Origin: an uncultured Nitrospinota bacterium
GTDB lineage: Bacteria; Tectomicrobia; Entotheonellia; J063; CAVPRW01
Assembly: GCA_963707985.1 (NCBI GenBank)
Contig: CAVPRW010000022.1
Span: forward strand, 64,001-128,000
Length of the DNA: 64,000 bases
Direction of reading: 5' to 3'
Part shown: in pieces, positions 32,452-43,100 of the stretch
How positions within the stretch are numbered: position 1 is the first letter of the stretch
Layout of the letters: every line of letters starts with the position of its first letter
Notes under the pieces: generated by a model
Database searches by the model: none
Seen by the model: the letters and a program-made list of their open reading frames with translations, nothing else
What the model was told of the DNA's origin: nothing
Made by a program: the position numbers and the translations under genes

Positions 32452-33000
32452 ATGGCCAAATGGAAAAGGAAGACGCTGAAGTTGAAGGATACACATGGCT
32501 GGAGTGCTCGGCCTGGCTGCCGTATCTTTGTTGCCGATAAAGGGGCCGTGCGCTTTGATTTTCCTATGCATTGGATAATGGAACCGACAGCCGATTGCTT
32601 TCAGTTCCACGACCGTCAGCCCCCCAATGATGACTGCCGGCTGGCGGTGTCTTATCAGCGCTTACCCGCGATCGACTGGAGCGATGCCCCACTGGCAGAC
32701 ATGTTGCGTCAGGTCATTGAGCAAGATCCCCGGCGCTTGACGCCAAGTATGGACGTTGTCTCCATTCAGCGCCCCGACTTGCACCTGGTATGGATAGAAG
32801 GCAACTTCATCGACCCTCAGGAGTTCCGCCAGGCGTATGGCCGTATGGCGATTGGCATTGGCGGTAATATCCAGGTGTTGCTCACGTTTGATTACTGGGC
32901 AGACGATGCCGCGCGTTTCACACCAGTATGGGATGATGTCTTGCAATCCCTGCAGGTCGGAACATACATTCCGGACCCAACCCGCGGGCCAAGAGGGTAA
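32452..33000 (+). CDS. Hypothetical protein
   Basis: 182-aa ORF with ATG start and protein-like composition; family not recognised. Confidence 0.7.
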   Translation: MAKWKRKTLKLKDTHGWSARPGCRIFVADKGAVRFDFPMHWIMEPTADCFQFHDRQPPNDDCRLAVSYQRLPAIDWSDAPLADMLRQVIEQDPRRLTPSMDVVSIQRPDLHLVWIEGNFIDPQEFRQAYGRMAIGIGGNIQVLLTFDYWADDAARFTPVWDDVLQSLQVGTYIPDPTRGPRG

Positions 33001-33457
33001 ATGACCAATACTAGAATATTCTGTTTGCGTAACAGGTATAACCTGCGAAGCCTACCATGAATCGCGAGAAACGACAGAACCCATTTGGGGGAAGCGCTGG
33101 CGGAGGCGGGTACGATTATCAGGCCGAAGCCTACGCCTTGGTTGCCGCCAAGATTCTGGCCGAAGAGAGTTTGAATTGGCTAGAGACTGAGTGCGACCGC
33201 TTGTGATCGAAGGTGTCGAAGTCGGACGCTTGTCGGTGCAAGCGCTGCTTCCGTGATTACAGGGGCGAAGGACTCTGTGAGATAGATTCCATCCCGACAC
33301 AGGGGAATGACTCGATGCCACAGCACACATTCAGCACGGCCACAGCTTCTGCTATGCGACCTCCACTACACCTGCGACCTCCCCGACACTTGCATCAGGG
33401 CAGGCCATCGAGCGCTGGCCGCTGAGCCCTGTCAGGTATCCGGACCCCGCTATTCAA

Positions 33458-34351
33458 GTGCTTGATTCACGTTTCGCGAAGTATCGACTGGGCAATGCCG
33501 CAGTCGAGCGTCTGGCCAGCGGTTTTCGCTGGGCTGAAGGTCCGGTGTGGTTCGGCGATGGTCGCTATCTGCTCTGGAGTGATATCCCGAACAACCGCAT
33601 CATGCGCTGGCTCGAAGAGACCGGTGAGGTCAGCGTCTTCCGCAGTCCATCACAGAACAGCAACGGCCACACCCGTGACAAGCAGGGACGCCTCGTGACC
33701 TGCGAGCACGACAGCCGCCGGGTGACGCGGACCGAGCACGACGGCAGCATTACGGTATTGATGGACCGCTTCCAGGGCAAACCGCTGAATGCCCCGAACG
33801 ACGTGGTCGTCAAGTCAGATGGATCGATCTGGTTCACCGATCCCGGCTACGGCATCATGTTCAACTATGAAGGGCACAAGGCTCCACTTGAACTGCCGGC
33901 CGTGGTTTATCGGCTTGACCCCACAACCCATGAGGCAACGGTGGTCGTGGGGGACATGTCCAAGCCGAATGGCCTGTGTTTCTCGCCCGACGAAGCACTG
34001 CTCTATGTCGTTGATAGTGGTTCGACGCCGCGAGTGATCCGCGTCTATGATGTGGTTGGGGGCACTCGCCTGGCACATGGTCGGCTGTTTGTTGACATGT
34101 CACCTGGCACATCTGATGGCATCCGCTGCGATGTCGACGGCAACCTCTGGGCCGCCGCTGGCAATGGCGGGGAGGGGTTCGACGGGGTGCATATCTTCGC
34201 ACCGAATGGCGACCGCATCGGTCAGATCCTACTGCCGGAGAAGTGCGCCAATATCTGTTTTGGAGGCGCCAAGCGCAATCGCTTGTTTATGGCTGCCAGC
34301 CAATCGATCTACGCCGTATATGTGGAAACGCAAGGGGCGCAGATCCCGTAG
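33458..34351 (+). CDS. SMP-30/gluconolactonase family protein; true start uncertain
   Basis: WAEGPVW, SDIPNN, NAPND, FTDP, PNGLCFSPD; PVRYPDP is in frame upstream. Confidence 0.9.
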   Translation: MLDSRFAKYRLGNAAVERLASGFRWAEGPVWFGDGRYLLWSDIPNNRIMRWLEETGEVSVFRSPSQNSNGHTRDKQGRLVTCEHDSRRVTRTEHDGSITVLMDRFQGKPLNAPNDVVVKSDGSIWFTDPGYGIMFNYEGHKAPLELPAVVYRLDPTTHEATVVVGDMSKPNGLCFSPDEALLYVVDSGSTPRVIRVYDVVGGTRLAHGRLFVDMSPGTSDGIRCDVDGNLWAAAGNGGEGFDGVHIFAPNGDRIGQILLPEKCANICFGGAKRNRLFMAASQSIYAVYVETQGAQIP

Positions 34352-34789
34352 CCGCCGTGGTTGGGGTACATCCCCGGTTCTTAGAGGGTCTCCGGAAACT
34401 TTTCAGCGGCAGCGTTATCGCAAAATTCACGCTGGGCGGACGGAGCGAGTTTGGGGAGCATGAGGAGCATAAGGTGAATGTTTTTGATTTTTTCGACCCA
34501 TCTCACCCTATCATCCGGCCACTCCCACCCCCTCACGATCCATTCACTAGCCTGAGCCTCCGTGATCATCGTCACTCTTTTCCCGCGGAACTCCCGAGAC
34601 CTTGCGGAACACCCCCACCCCTCCTCCCATGCCCAGGAGCGAGCCTACGTGACGTCGGGCTGCACGCGATCTGTTACAGGCGAGCATCTCCTCAACCATT
34701 GCGAACGGATTGCCCTCGACACCAGGTAAGACAAGGAGGTAGCTCTGTCAAGGTTAAGATGATTATTGGCAACCAGACCACCGTCATGT

Positions 34790-35026
34790 ATAGTCCCTGA
34801 CGATGGCGTCCACCTCGAAACCAATCCCAAAGAACAGGACGCCATATTCGAAGCATGGAAGTTGAAGGCGGGAGGTCATCCGCTGCGAGAGATTGGGAAC
34901 AAGTTGACTGGAAGCGGATACTTCCCGAGGCAAGGGAAGGCCTGGCAGCCCCAGACGGTCAAGCCTCTACTCAGCTCTGAGGCCTTAAGACCTCCAGAAG
35001 AAAGGTCATGCCCGGGGAAGAGCTGA
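34790..35026 (+). pseudogene. Serine recombinase C-terminal fragment
   Basis: LETNPKEQ..I, LREIGNKL...G..PRQGKAWQPQTV. Confidence 0.6.
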
Positions 35027-35171
35027 AGGCCCACAAGAATGCCCGTCTCGCTACGTAGGAGATCCGTGGCTGAACGTAGAGAGGGTAAGGCAAGGGAATA
35101 GGTAAGGAAATGGGCCAAGTGTGACGGAGTAGGGCCCACAAAGTCGGATAGGACGTCAAGGACGGTGCAGA

Positions 35172-35585
35172 GTGACAGGAAGAGAGCTGAAGGGGATTAG
35201 AAGGCGTCTTGGATACACCCAGGAGGAGATGGCAGCTGCCATGGGGATCAGTCAGTCTCACTACGTGGTCTTGGAGCGTGGGAGACGGCGCATTACTGAT
35301 GACCTCGGAACGCGTGCGATGAGCGTTCGTCACGAGCCACCGGAGTGGCAATGGTACGATCAGGGGCACGATGTGGGACGTGACCTGGCTGGGGGAGTAC
35401 CACGAGGGTATGAGATACGCGTGAGGCCATCGGCTATTCGCCTGGCTGCGGAACAAGCGTTCCAGTATTGGATGAGCATCAAGAACGGGGGGCCGGTCGC
35501 GGAGGAGGCATGGGAAGCGTTCCGGAAGGGGTTTGAAGCGGGGTGGGAAGAGACGCAGGGGCGTAGGGCGAAGGTGGACGAATGA
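35172..35585 (+). CDS. XRE-family HTH protein
   Basis: LKGIRRRLGYTQEEMAAAMGISQSHYVVLERGRR. Confidence 0.75.
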   Translation: MTGRELKGIRRRLGYTQEEMAAAMGISQSHYVVLERGRRRITDDLGTRAMSVRHEPPEWQWYDQGHDVGRDLAGGVPRGYEIRVRPSAIRLAAEQAFQYWMSIKNGGPVAEEAWEAFRKGFEAGWEETQGRRAKVDE

Positions 35586-35885
35586 GCATAGCTCACAGAG
35601 GCCCTGGGAGCGGATTCCAGGGGGTTGCCCGGGCTAGGCAGGGCCAACGACCTGAATCTCTTCCCGGCTACCACTCTTCCATCCACTACGGCCCGCCCTT
35701 ATGTGTCACGAACCGTACGTCAACCCACTCCCAACGACTCACTCACCTTCGATCGACCCCACCAAGACGCCTTCTGGAGAGAGATCTAGGTCGATTGGGC
35801 TCAAATGTTCCGGTGGGATGGCACGATCCCACGTCCGATTCAGCACCGGGTCAATGTGACTAAACCACGCCTTCCACTCAGGTCG

Positions 35886-36770
35886 TCAAACCACGCCACG
35901 GCATCCGTGAAACTCATCGGGGTCGCCTGCGACGACGATGAGGTCGGCGGTGAGATGGCTGAGGGCCAGCGTCGGCACGTAATAACTGCCGCGTTGGGCC
36001 ATCAGGCTGGCCGCTTCTTCATCCATGATGTAGCCGTGTTCGACCGAGGGCGCGCCCAGATGTATAGCCGTTTTGACGGCCTCGGGATTGGCAGCATGGG
36101 CCATCACCGGGTAACCGCGTTGCCGGCAGATGGTGAATGCCGCCTCCAGTTCCTCTGGAAGCAGAAAGGAGTGCCAATGCCGATCCCACGAGGGTCCCAT
36201 GACGCCACCGCTGAGATTCAGCTTGATGTGGTCGACGCCGTTCTGAATCTGCTCGCGAATGGCTTTGACAAAGCCGCTGGGACCGTCGCAGGCTTTGGCG
36301 AATTCGGAGGCGAGGGCATGCCCGGCAGTGGTGGTGAGGCAATAACCGCCGGCGAAGACGCGTGGACCGACCGGCTGCCAGGCATCAAATGCACGCTTCA
36401 TCCCGACATCGATGAAGTGAGGCACCCCTGCCGTACGGATGCCCACCACGCCAGCCTCCAGCAGACCCTGCCTGGCGTTGTACCCATACTGCACACCCTG
36501 TTCGGCCAGAGTCAGAGTAGGAAGGCGCGGCCATTCGAGATGGACATGTACATCCCAGAGGCCAGGCAGCAGGCAGGAGCCTTGCACGTCGATCACCTCG
36601 TCCCCTTCGCTGGCAGAAGAGTGATGACCGGGCAGCACTTGGACGATCCGCCCGTCCTCCACGATCACACTAGCACCGTGGATTGGGGTCGGATTGAGAC
36701 AATCGATCAGGTGGGCATTGGTGAGGACAAGCCTCGTCGGGAAATGGCCTCTCGCCGCATCATAGGTCAA
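35886..36770 (-). pseudogene. Amidohydrolase family protein with an internal deletion
   Basis: PGLWDVHVH, IKL, AHA, EHG; jumps from YVPTL to ADLIVVAGDP. Confidence 0.75.
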
Positions 36771-36864
36771 CGTCCATGGTTAAAAGGCCCCTGCCGCTGT
36801 GGTGAGCGTTTGACTCATGTTCAAGGCTTTAGAGGTTTTTTCGAACACTTCCAGAGTATCGCGC

Positions 36865-37275
36865 TCAGGTGTGCGTGCCTTCGATGACGAGTTGCGTCTG
36901 GATCACCACGGCGATCAGGCGTCCTTCCGTGGAAGTGATACGCGTCTGCCAGACCATGGTGCGCCGACCGCGGTGTAGCGGTAGACACTCCCCGATGATT
37001 GTCGTCCCGGCGGGCGCCGGTGCTAGAAAATTCGTCTTCGACTCGACCGTCGTCGTGTGAGCGCCATCCGGGAGGTTCAGCGTCGTGGCGCAGGCGCCGA
37101 GCGTGTCGGCAAACGACATCAGGGCGCCACCGTGCAAGATGCCCGCACGGTTGCAGACCTGGTCACGGACGAGCATTTCAGCCGTGACACGCTCCGGGGC
37201 AGCCGTGAGGAAGCGCATGCCGAGCCATTGCACATGCGGCACGTCGTATCGATCAGCAATTGAAAGCAAATCCAT
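36865..37275 (-). CDS. PaaI-family thioesterase
   Basis: NRAGILHGGALMSFAD, TTVESKTNF, HRGRRT. Confidence 0.9.
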   Translation of the reverse strand: MDLLSIADRYDVPHVQWLGMRFLTAAPERVTAEMLVRDQVCNRAGILHGGALMSFADTLGACATTLNLPDGAHTTTVESKTNFLAPAPAGTTIIGECLPLHRGRRTMVWQTRITSTEGRLIAVVIQTQLVIEGTHT

Positions 37276-37384
37276 GCAAAAGCTCCTTGCTGCAACAGGG
37301 AACGACAGCCATGCAGAATAGTACGTGGTGCGCCGCCAGAGCGACGTGCCCCTGAGCATACACTGGCACACGCGAAAACGCTAG

Positions 37385-38072
37385 CACTCTGGCACGCGGG
37401 ATCACACACAGGCAGCGACGCTCGCCGAGGCGTGGGTCCGGCACACCGATGATCGCTGCATGCAGGATCTTCGGATGCGTGTAGAGGATTTCTTCGATCT
37501 CGCGTGGGAAGAACTGCTGGCCACGACGATTGATTATCTCCTTTAAGCGCCCGACGATCTTCACATTGCCTACCGTGTCGAGCTGGCCCAGATCACCCGT
37601 ACGGAACCAACCGTCGACTGTGAACAGCTCGGCGTTCGCGGCTGGGTTCTTGTGGTAGCCAAGGTGCACGGAGGGACCTTCGGCCGCGATCTCGCCCTCG
37701 GCGTCAGGTTGGGACATCCTGTCCGTGCTCGTCGATGAGCCTGAACCCCATGCCTGGGGCAGGACGGCCGATGGTTCCAGCCACGGCTTCAGCATCGTCG
37801 GTCAAGGCAAACTCGATCCAGTTCGGGAGCTGGCTGGTGACCATGTCGCCCGGGCCGATTCCGAGGTGCTGGAACGCCGCCGCCACACGGTCAACGCCGG
37901 CACGAAGCTGCCCATAGGAAATGCGTTGACGTGGATCGATGATCGCCTCCCGGTCCGGGTGGGCCTCTGCCTGGCGCGCCAGGATCTGGTAGAACGTCTC
38001 GGTGCCCCAATGGGCGGAGCGGGTATAGCGTTCGATCAACTCCGGGGTGAGACGCGTGTCGAATACCGGCAT
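37385..38072 (-). pseudogene. AMP-dependent acyl-CoA ligase remnant
   Basis: QLPNWIEF joined directly to TIGRP; GWFRTGDLG, GRLKEII, PDPRLGE; frameshift and truncation. Confidence 0.8.
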
Positions 38073-38167
38073 GACGCCCTCCTAGAGAGTAAGACATCGG
38101 CGGGGAAGTGCCCGCCGAGCGCTCACGAGGTCTCATGTTGACCATGACCTCGGAACGCTCCGGCGCT

Positions 38168-39346
38168 CTATGCGAGAGAGTTGATGTAGCTCGACGTCAC
38201 CATTACCCCTAAGGAAGCGCTCGACGGCCCGATAGGTGAGTTTACGAACACCACGAGCTCCATATCGTCCGGCAGATAGTAAGCGACACACTGCTCGGTT
38301 TGGCCGTTCGAAGACCACGATCCGTTCTTGTAGTACAATGGGCCCGCCGCCGTGCTGATGGCTTGATCGATGCCGAACTTGTTATCGAGCAGCGCCTGAG
38401 CCTTCACCACGGGCATGATCGTCCCCATTCGGCGGAAGGTGTGCATGACGTTCAGCACATCGTCGATCGACAGGTGCCACCCCGCACCGCCGCTCATCGA
38501 GGCTAAATGGCCTGAATTCCAACCTGTCTCTCCGTTGCTCGGAAAGCGGTAGGCGAGCGCTGCCTTCTCGGCGTGATCGAAGCTCGCGCCGCTCACCCCA
38601 GCCGGAGTGAAGACGTTGTCCTGCATGTACTGCCTGTATGCTTCAATCGTAACATAGTCCCACACATGGTCGGTAACCCCCGGAACCACGACGTTCTTGT
38701 CGATTTCGCCTGTGAGGACGGCCATGAGGATGCGACATAGGCCGAAGTTCATGTTTTCATAATGAGCGCTGCCGATGGTCTGGACGCCTTGCGCCACTTT
38801 GGATTTCATCAGCATGAAGTCCGAACTGGAAGTACCAGTCTGAAAACCTGACGTGTGATTCATGAGATGGCGGAAGGTTATAGCGTCGATATTCGGGCCC
38901 TTCTGCCAATACGTTGGCAGATAATCGATGATCTTGGCGTCATACGAAAGCCCCATGTCGTCCAAGAGCTTTACCATCCCGATGCCGGTCAGCATTTTGC
39001 TCACGCTCGCGATGTGCATTTGGGTATCCAGCGCCCACTCCCTTGACAGGTCGGCAGGCGTCTGGGACCAATGGCAAAGGTGCATGACGATCGGATTCCC
39101 ACCCTGCCTGAGCTGTAAGCCGTACCCCGTGACCATGTCTTCCAAGGCTTTACGAAGCATTTCGCCGAACTGCTCCACCTTGAGCTGAAGCTTGACCCGG
39201 GACGTTGGCGCAGACGGTGGCTCGGAAATGCTCAGCGGCAGCTCATCTATGCCATCGTATGCCTTGATGTCGAGGATGTTCGGTGGCCTCATTACATGGG
39301 CGCGCATCTCGTCCGTGACGGTGATTGTCGTGTGCGTCCTTTCCAT
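38168..39346 (-). CDS. Serine hydrolase, beta-lactamase family
   Basis: SVSK (SxxK), LMNHTSG, YEN, KNG; RBS AAAGGAG. Confidence 0.88.
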   Translation of the reverse strand: MERTHTTITVTDEMRAHVMRPPNILDIKAYDGIDELPLSISEPPSAPTSRVKLQLKVEQFGEMLRKALEDMVTGYGLQLRQGGNPIVMHLCHWSQTPADLSREWALDTQMHIASVSKMLTGIGMVKLLDDMGLSYDAKIIDYLPTYWQKGPNIDAITFRHLMNHTSGFQTGTSSSDFMLMKSKVAQGVQTIGSAHYENMNFGLCRILMAVLTGEIDKNVVVPGVTDHVWDYVTIEAYRQYMQDNVFTPAGVSGASFDHAEKAALAYRFPSNGETGWNSGHLASMSGGAGWHLSIDDVLNVMHTFRRMGTIMPVVKAQALLDNKFGIDQAISTAAGPLYYKNGSWSSNGQTEQCVAYYLPDDMELVVFVNSPIGPSSASLGVMVTSSYINSLA

Positions 39347-39659
39347 GATTTTCTCCTTTCCTGTCCTGATGGGTCGCCAGGTCGATCACTATTGATGGGT
39401 CCGCAGTCCATCTTTGAACCGCGGACAGCCTGCTCCGGCAAAGGCTTCGTGTGCCTCCATCGGATCCTACGTACCACTGCCATTGAGGAGTCGCCCCCTC
39501 AAGCCATGTGCCGGTAGGCCGATACTGAACTACTTTCCGTGCGAGCTTGAGCTGTTCCTGCAGGGAGGCAAAGAAGCCTCTCCCGCCAAGCCTTCCTTCA
39601 CCCCTACGATCCGCCCTTCTTTGGACGAGCGACCGGTGGCTGCCAGTGCTCAACCAAGG

Positions 39660-39674
39660 GCAACCACTGTGCCA
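39660..39674 (-). promoter_or_regulatory. Sigma-54 (-24/-12) promoter
   Basis: TGGCAC-AGTGG-TTGC, pointing toward the serine hydrolase. Confidence 0.7.
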
Positions 39675-40137
39675 GGGACCTATCGGCCTCCCAGCACAGC
39701 CCATAGTGGCAGCCATGTGGTTGTTTTTATGGCATCCCGTTGAGGTGAGACAGATAGCCTTGGGCTGGGACATCACGGCACGTGCCCTGATAATACCCCC
39801 CACTTCTGGGGGCTATGGGTGGGGGTTACCCCTGCTTTACCCCATTTCTGGGCATGGTTCCAGGTGGGGACCAGCGCCTGGTCTGTGGCCCGCTTATCCC
39901 TGCGACGGGCCGACGAGGGTTGCCCGTGCGATGACATAGGTCGGGAGTGTGGCGTAAAGTCTGATGAGATATGATCACGCTTGCAACAGCGATCGCGACC
40001 ATCGATAATGGCTCTGTTTTAGACATACATGCACCTTTGGAGTCGGCGGGTCAGCGCACGGCCCCCACCATGGCCCGTTCGGCTGCGCGTGATGCGAGTT
40101 GAAGTCCCGGAGCGCTGGTTGGCCACCGGGAGGAGGC

Positions 40138-43100
40138 ATGACCATGGCGCATTCCCATCCGAATCCTGTCGACCATCCGACTCACCGTTTGGTGGGCGAT
40201 GCCCCGGCCATGGCGGCGTTGCGCGCCCAGATTCGCCACCTCGCGCCCTTCGACACGCTTGGTAGCCCAGCGGTCCCCACCCTCATGCTCCAGGGCGAGA
40301 CTGGCACCGGTAAAGGCTTGGTAGCACGCGTCATCCACGACAGTGGGCCGCGGGCCGCGGGACCGTTTGTCGAGGTCAATTGTGCCGCTATCCCGGAGAG
40401 CATGCTGGAGGCGGAACTCTTTGGCTTTGAGGCAGGCGCCTTTACCGATGCCAAACGGGCCAAGCCGGGGTTGTTTGAGGCCGCGGTGGGGGGTACGTTA
40501 CTCTTAGACGAGGTGGATGCACTGCCCTTGGTGCTGCAAGGCAAGATCCTGACCGCCATTGAAACCAAGCGGGTGCGACGGCTCGGGGCGGTGACCGAAC
40601 GCGTCGTGGATATAAAGCTCATCGCCGCCACCAACGCGGTGTTGGAACAACGCATCGCAACCGGGCACTTCAGGGCCGACCTCTACCATCGCCTGGCGGT
40701 GGTTGTGCTGGCCTTACCGCCGCTGCGCGAACGTGGAGCAGATGTGCTGCTCCTGGCGAGACACCTGTTGCAACAGTATACCACCGCACATGGGGTTCCT
40801 CGCAAACGCCTCAGCGCCGAGGCCGAGGCATGGCTGCAGGACTATACCTGGCCAGGGAATGTGCGCGAGCTGATCCATGTGATGGAGCGTGTGACCTTGC
40901 TCCACATCGGAGAAGAAGTCGACGCCGGAACCCTGGCACAACTCGGCCATCCCCTGACGGCGTCCGTGGTCAAGGCCGAGGCAGCATTGGAACCTCAGAA
41001 GCCAGAACCGGTGAGCGCACTGCCAGCGGAGGCCGAGCAGATTCGTCAGGCCCTGGCCCAAACGGGGGGCAATGTGGTACGAGCGGCACAGTTATTGGGA
41101 CTCAGCCGAGATACGGTGCGCTATCGCATGCAGCGCTATGGCATTGCACGTGCTAACCCCAGTACCCCGCCCTCGCCCGCATCCTCAGTTGTAAGGGGCA
41201 CCAGGGTGCGGGCCTCACCTCCGCCGAGGCGAGTCTGGTCACCACTGCCAACGGGGGCCGTCACTTCTGATAGCTCGCAGGAGGAGACCAATACAGAGGG
41301 GTCTCCAGAGCCGCGAGCAGACGTGCGCGACACAGCGACCGACAAGGACCTCCGCGACACGATCCCGGCCTGGGAGCAGAAACCGATCGCCGTCCTGGCA
41401 CTCGAGGTCACGTGGCCGGAGGGATCAGGGCTGGAGCCCTGGCCGTATGACCCATGGACCGTGACGGCACGCTGGACACAAGCCCTGGTGGACAAAGTGC
41501 ACGGGTTTGGTGGCGCGCTTGTGCAGCGCACGGCTTCCTTGCTCATCTGGGTTTTTGGTGTGCCTCAGGCGCTGGAGCAATTGCCACAGCGAGCGGTACA
41601 CAGTGCCCTGGCGATCCGACAGATGGCGGTAGCACCCACCGCGGGGGATATGCCTCCGTACCCTGAGGTCCGGCTGGCGGTGCATCTGGGGGCAGTGCGG
41701 GTCGACAGCCAGGCGCCTGACCCCGTCGCGCATCTGCTGGCCGTGGGCGAGACTCTGGCGCTGCCGGTGCGCTTGTTGGGGCAGGCGGCGGCGGGGGAGA
41801 TCTTGGTATCGCCGGAGGTCGGACGATTGGTGGACGGCTGGGTGGCGTTGGAAGAGCGACCGTTGCACCTACGTCCTGGGGACCCCGCACGCTTGGGCGG
41901 CTATGCGGTGATGGGCGTACGCATAGCTCGCCCGCGGTCAACCACGGATCACCGGACGGCCCGCAGCCCATTTGTCGGCCGGCACCGGGAATTAGTGCTG
42001 CTAGACGCGGTTCTCGAACAGGTCAAGGCCGGCCGGGGCCAGGTCGTAGGACTGGTCGGCGCATTGGGCGTGGGGAAATCGCGCCTCCTCGACGAGTTTC
42101 GCCAGCGCCTGACAGGACAGCACGTCCGCTATGCGGAAGGGCACTGCCTCGCGTACGGGAGTGTGACACCGTATCTGCCCATCCTGGACCTGCTGCGCGA
42201 GCACTGCGGCATGGCCGTCGATGATGCGCCCGAGACGCTGATTGCCAAGTTGCGCACTAGCCTCCAGCAGGGGCAGCTAGATGCCGTCACGACCCTGCCC
42301 TATCTCGCCGACCTGCTGGGCCTCCCGGTAGACGGCAACCCCTTCACAAACCTCAGTGCAGAGGCCCGCAAGGCGCGGACCTTCGAGGCTGTGAGGTTGC
42401 TTTTCCTGACCAGCAGTCAGCACCAACCGCTCATCCTTGCCATCGACAACCTGCACTGGATCGATCCTACCTCAGAAGCCCTGCTAGCCTCGCTGGTGGA
42501 AGGGCTGGCAGGCGCTGCCGTTTTACTACTGGCGACCTTCCGTCCAGGCTATCTACCATTCTGGCTGGATAAGTCCTACGCCACCCAAATCGCTCTGCAA
42601 CCCTTAGGCATCGACGAGAGTTTGCAGGTGGTACGGAGCGTCTTACGCCATGCATCCCTCACCCAGGCTTTGGAACAACAACTTCTTGCCAAGGCAGAGG
42701 GCAACCCGTTCTTCCTGGAGGAGCTAGCCTACACGTTGCGCGAACAGGTCGGCGAGGTCTCAGTGCTGACGATCTCCGATAGCATCCAGGCGGTCATCGC
42801 CGCGCGCATCGACCGCTTGCCGTCTGATCAGCGGCGCCTCCTGCAGGCCGCATCGGTGATCGGCAAGAACGTTTCCGTCTCCCTCTTGCAGACGATCACC
42901 ACATTGCCGGAGGAAACGCTGAGCCGCGACATCGCGCACCTCCAAACGACAGAATTCCTCTCTGCTGTCGGAGGTCCGCCGGCCCCAACATACACCTTCA
43001 GGCACATTCTCATCCAGGAGACGGCCTATCAATCGCTATCTGCCAGCATCCGACGGCAGTATCATCAACGGATCGCCCAAGCGCTGGCCCGTCAGTTTCC

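Noticed and set aside
33356..33393. Imperfect 18-bp tandem repeat (GCGACCTCC...)
   Set aside because: Only two units, no spacers or cas genes; not a CRISPR array
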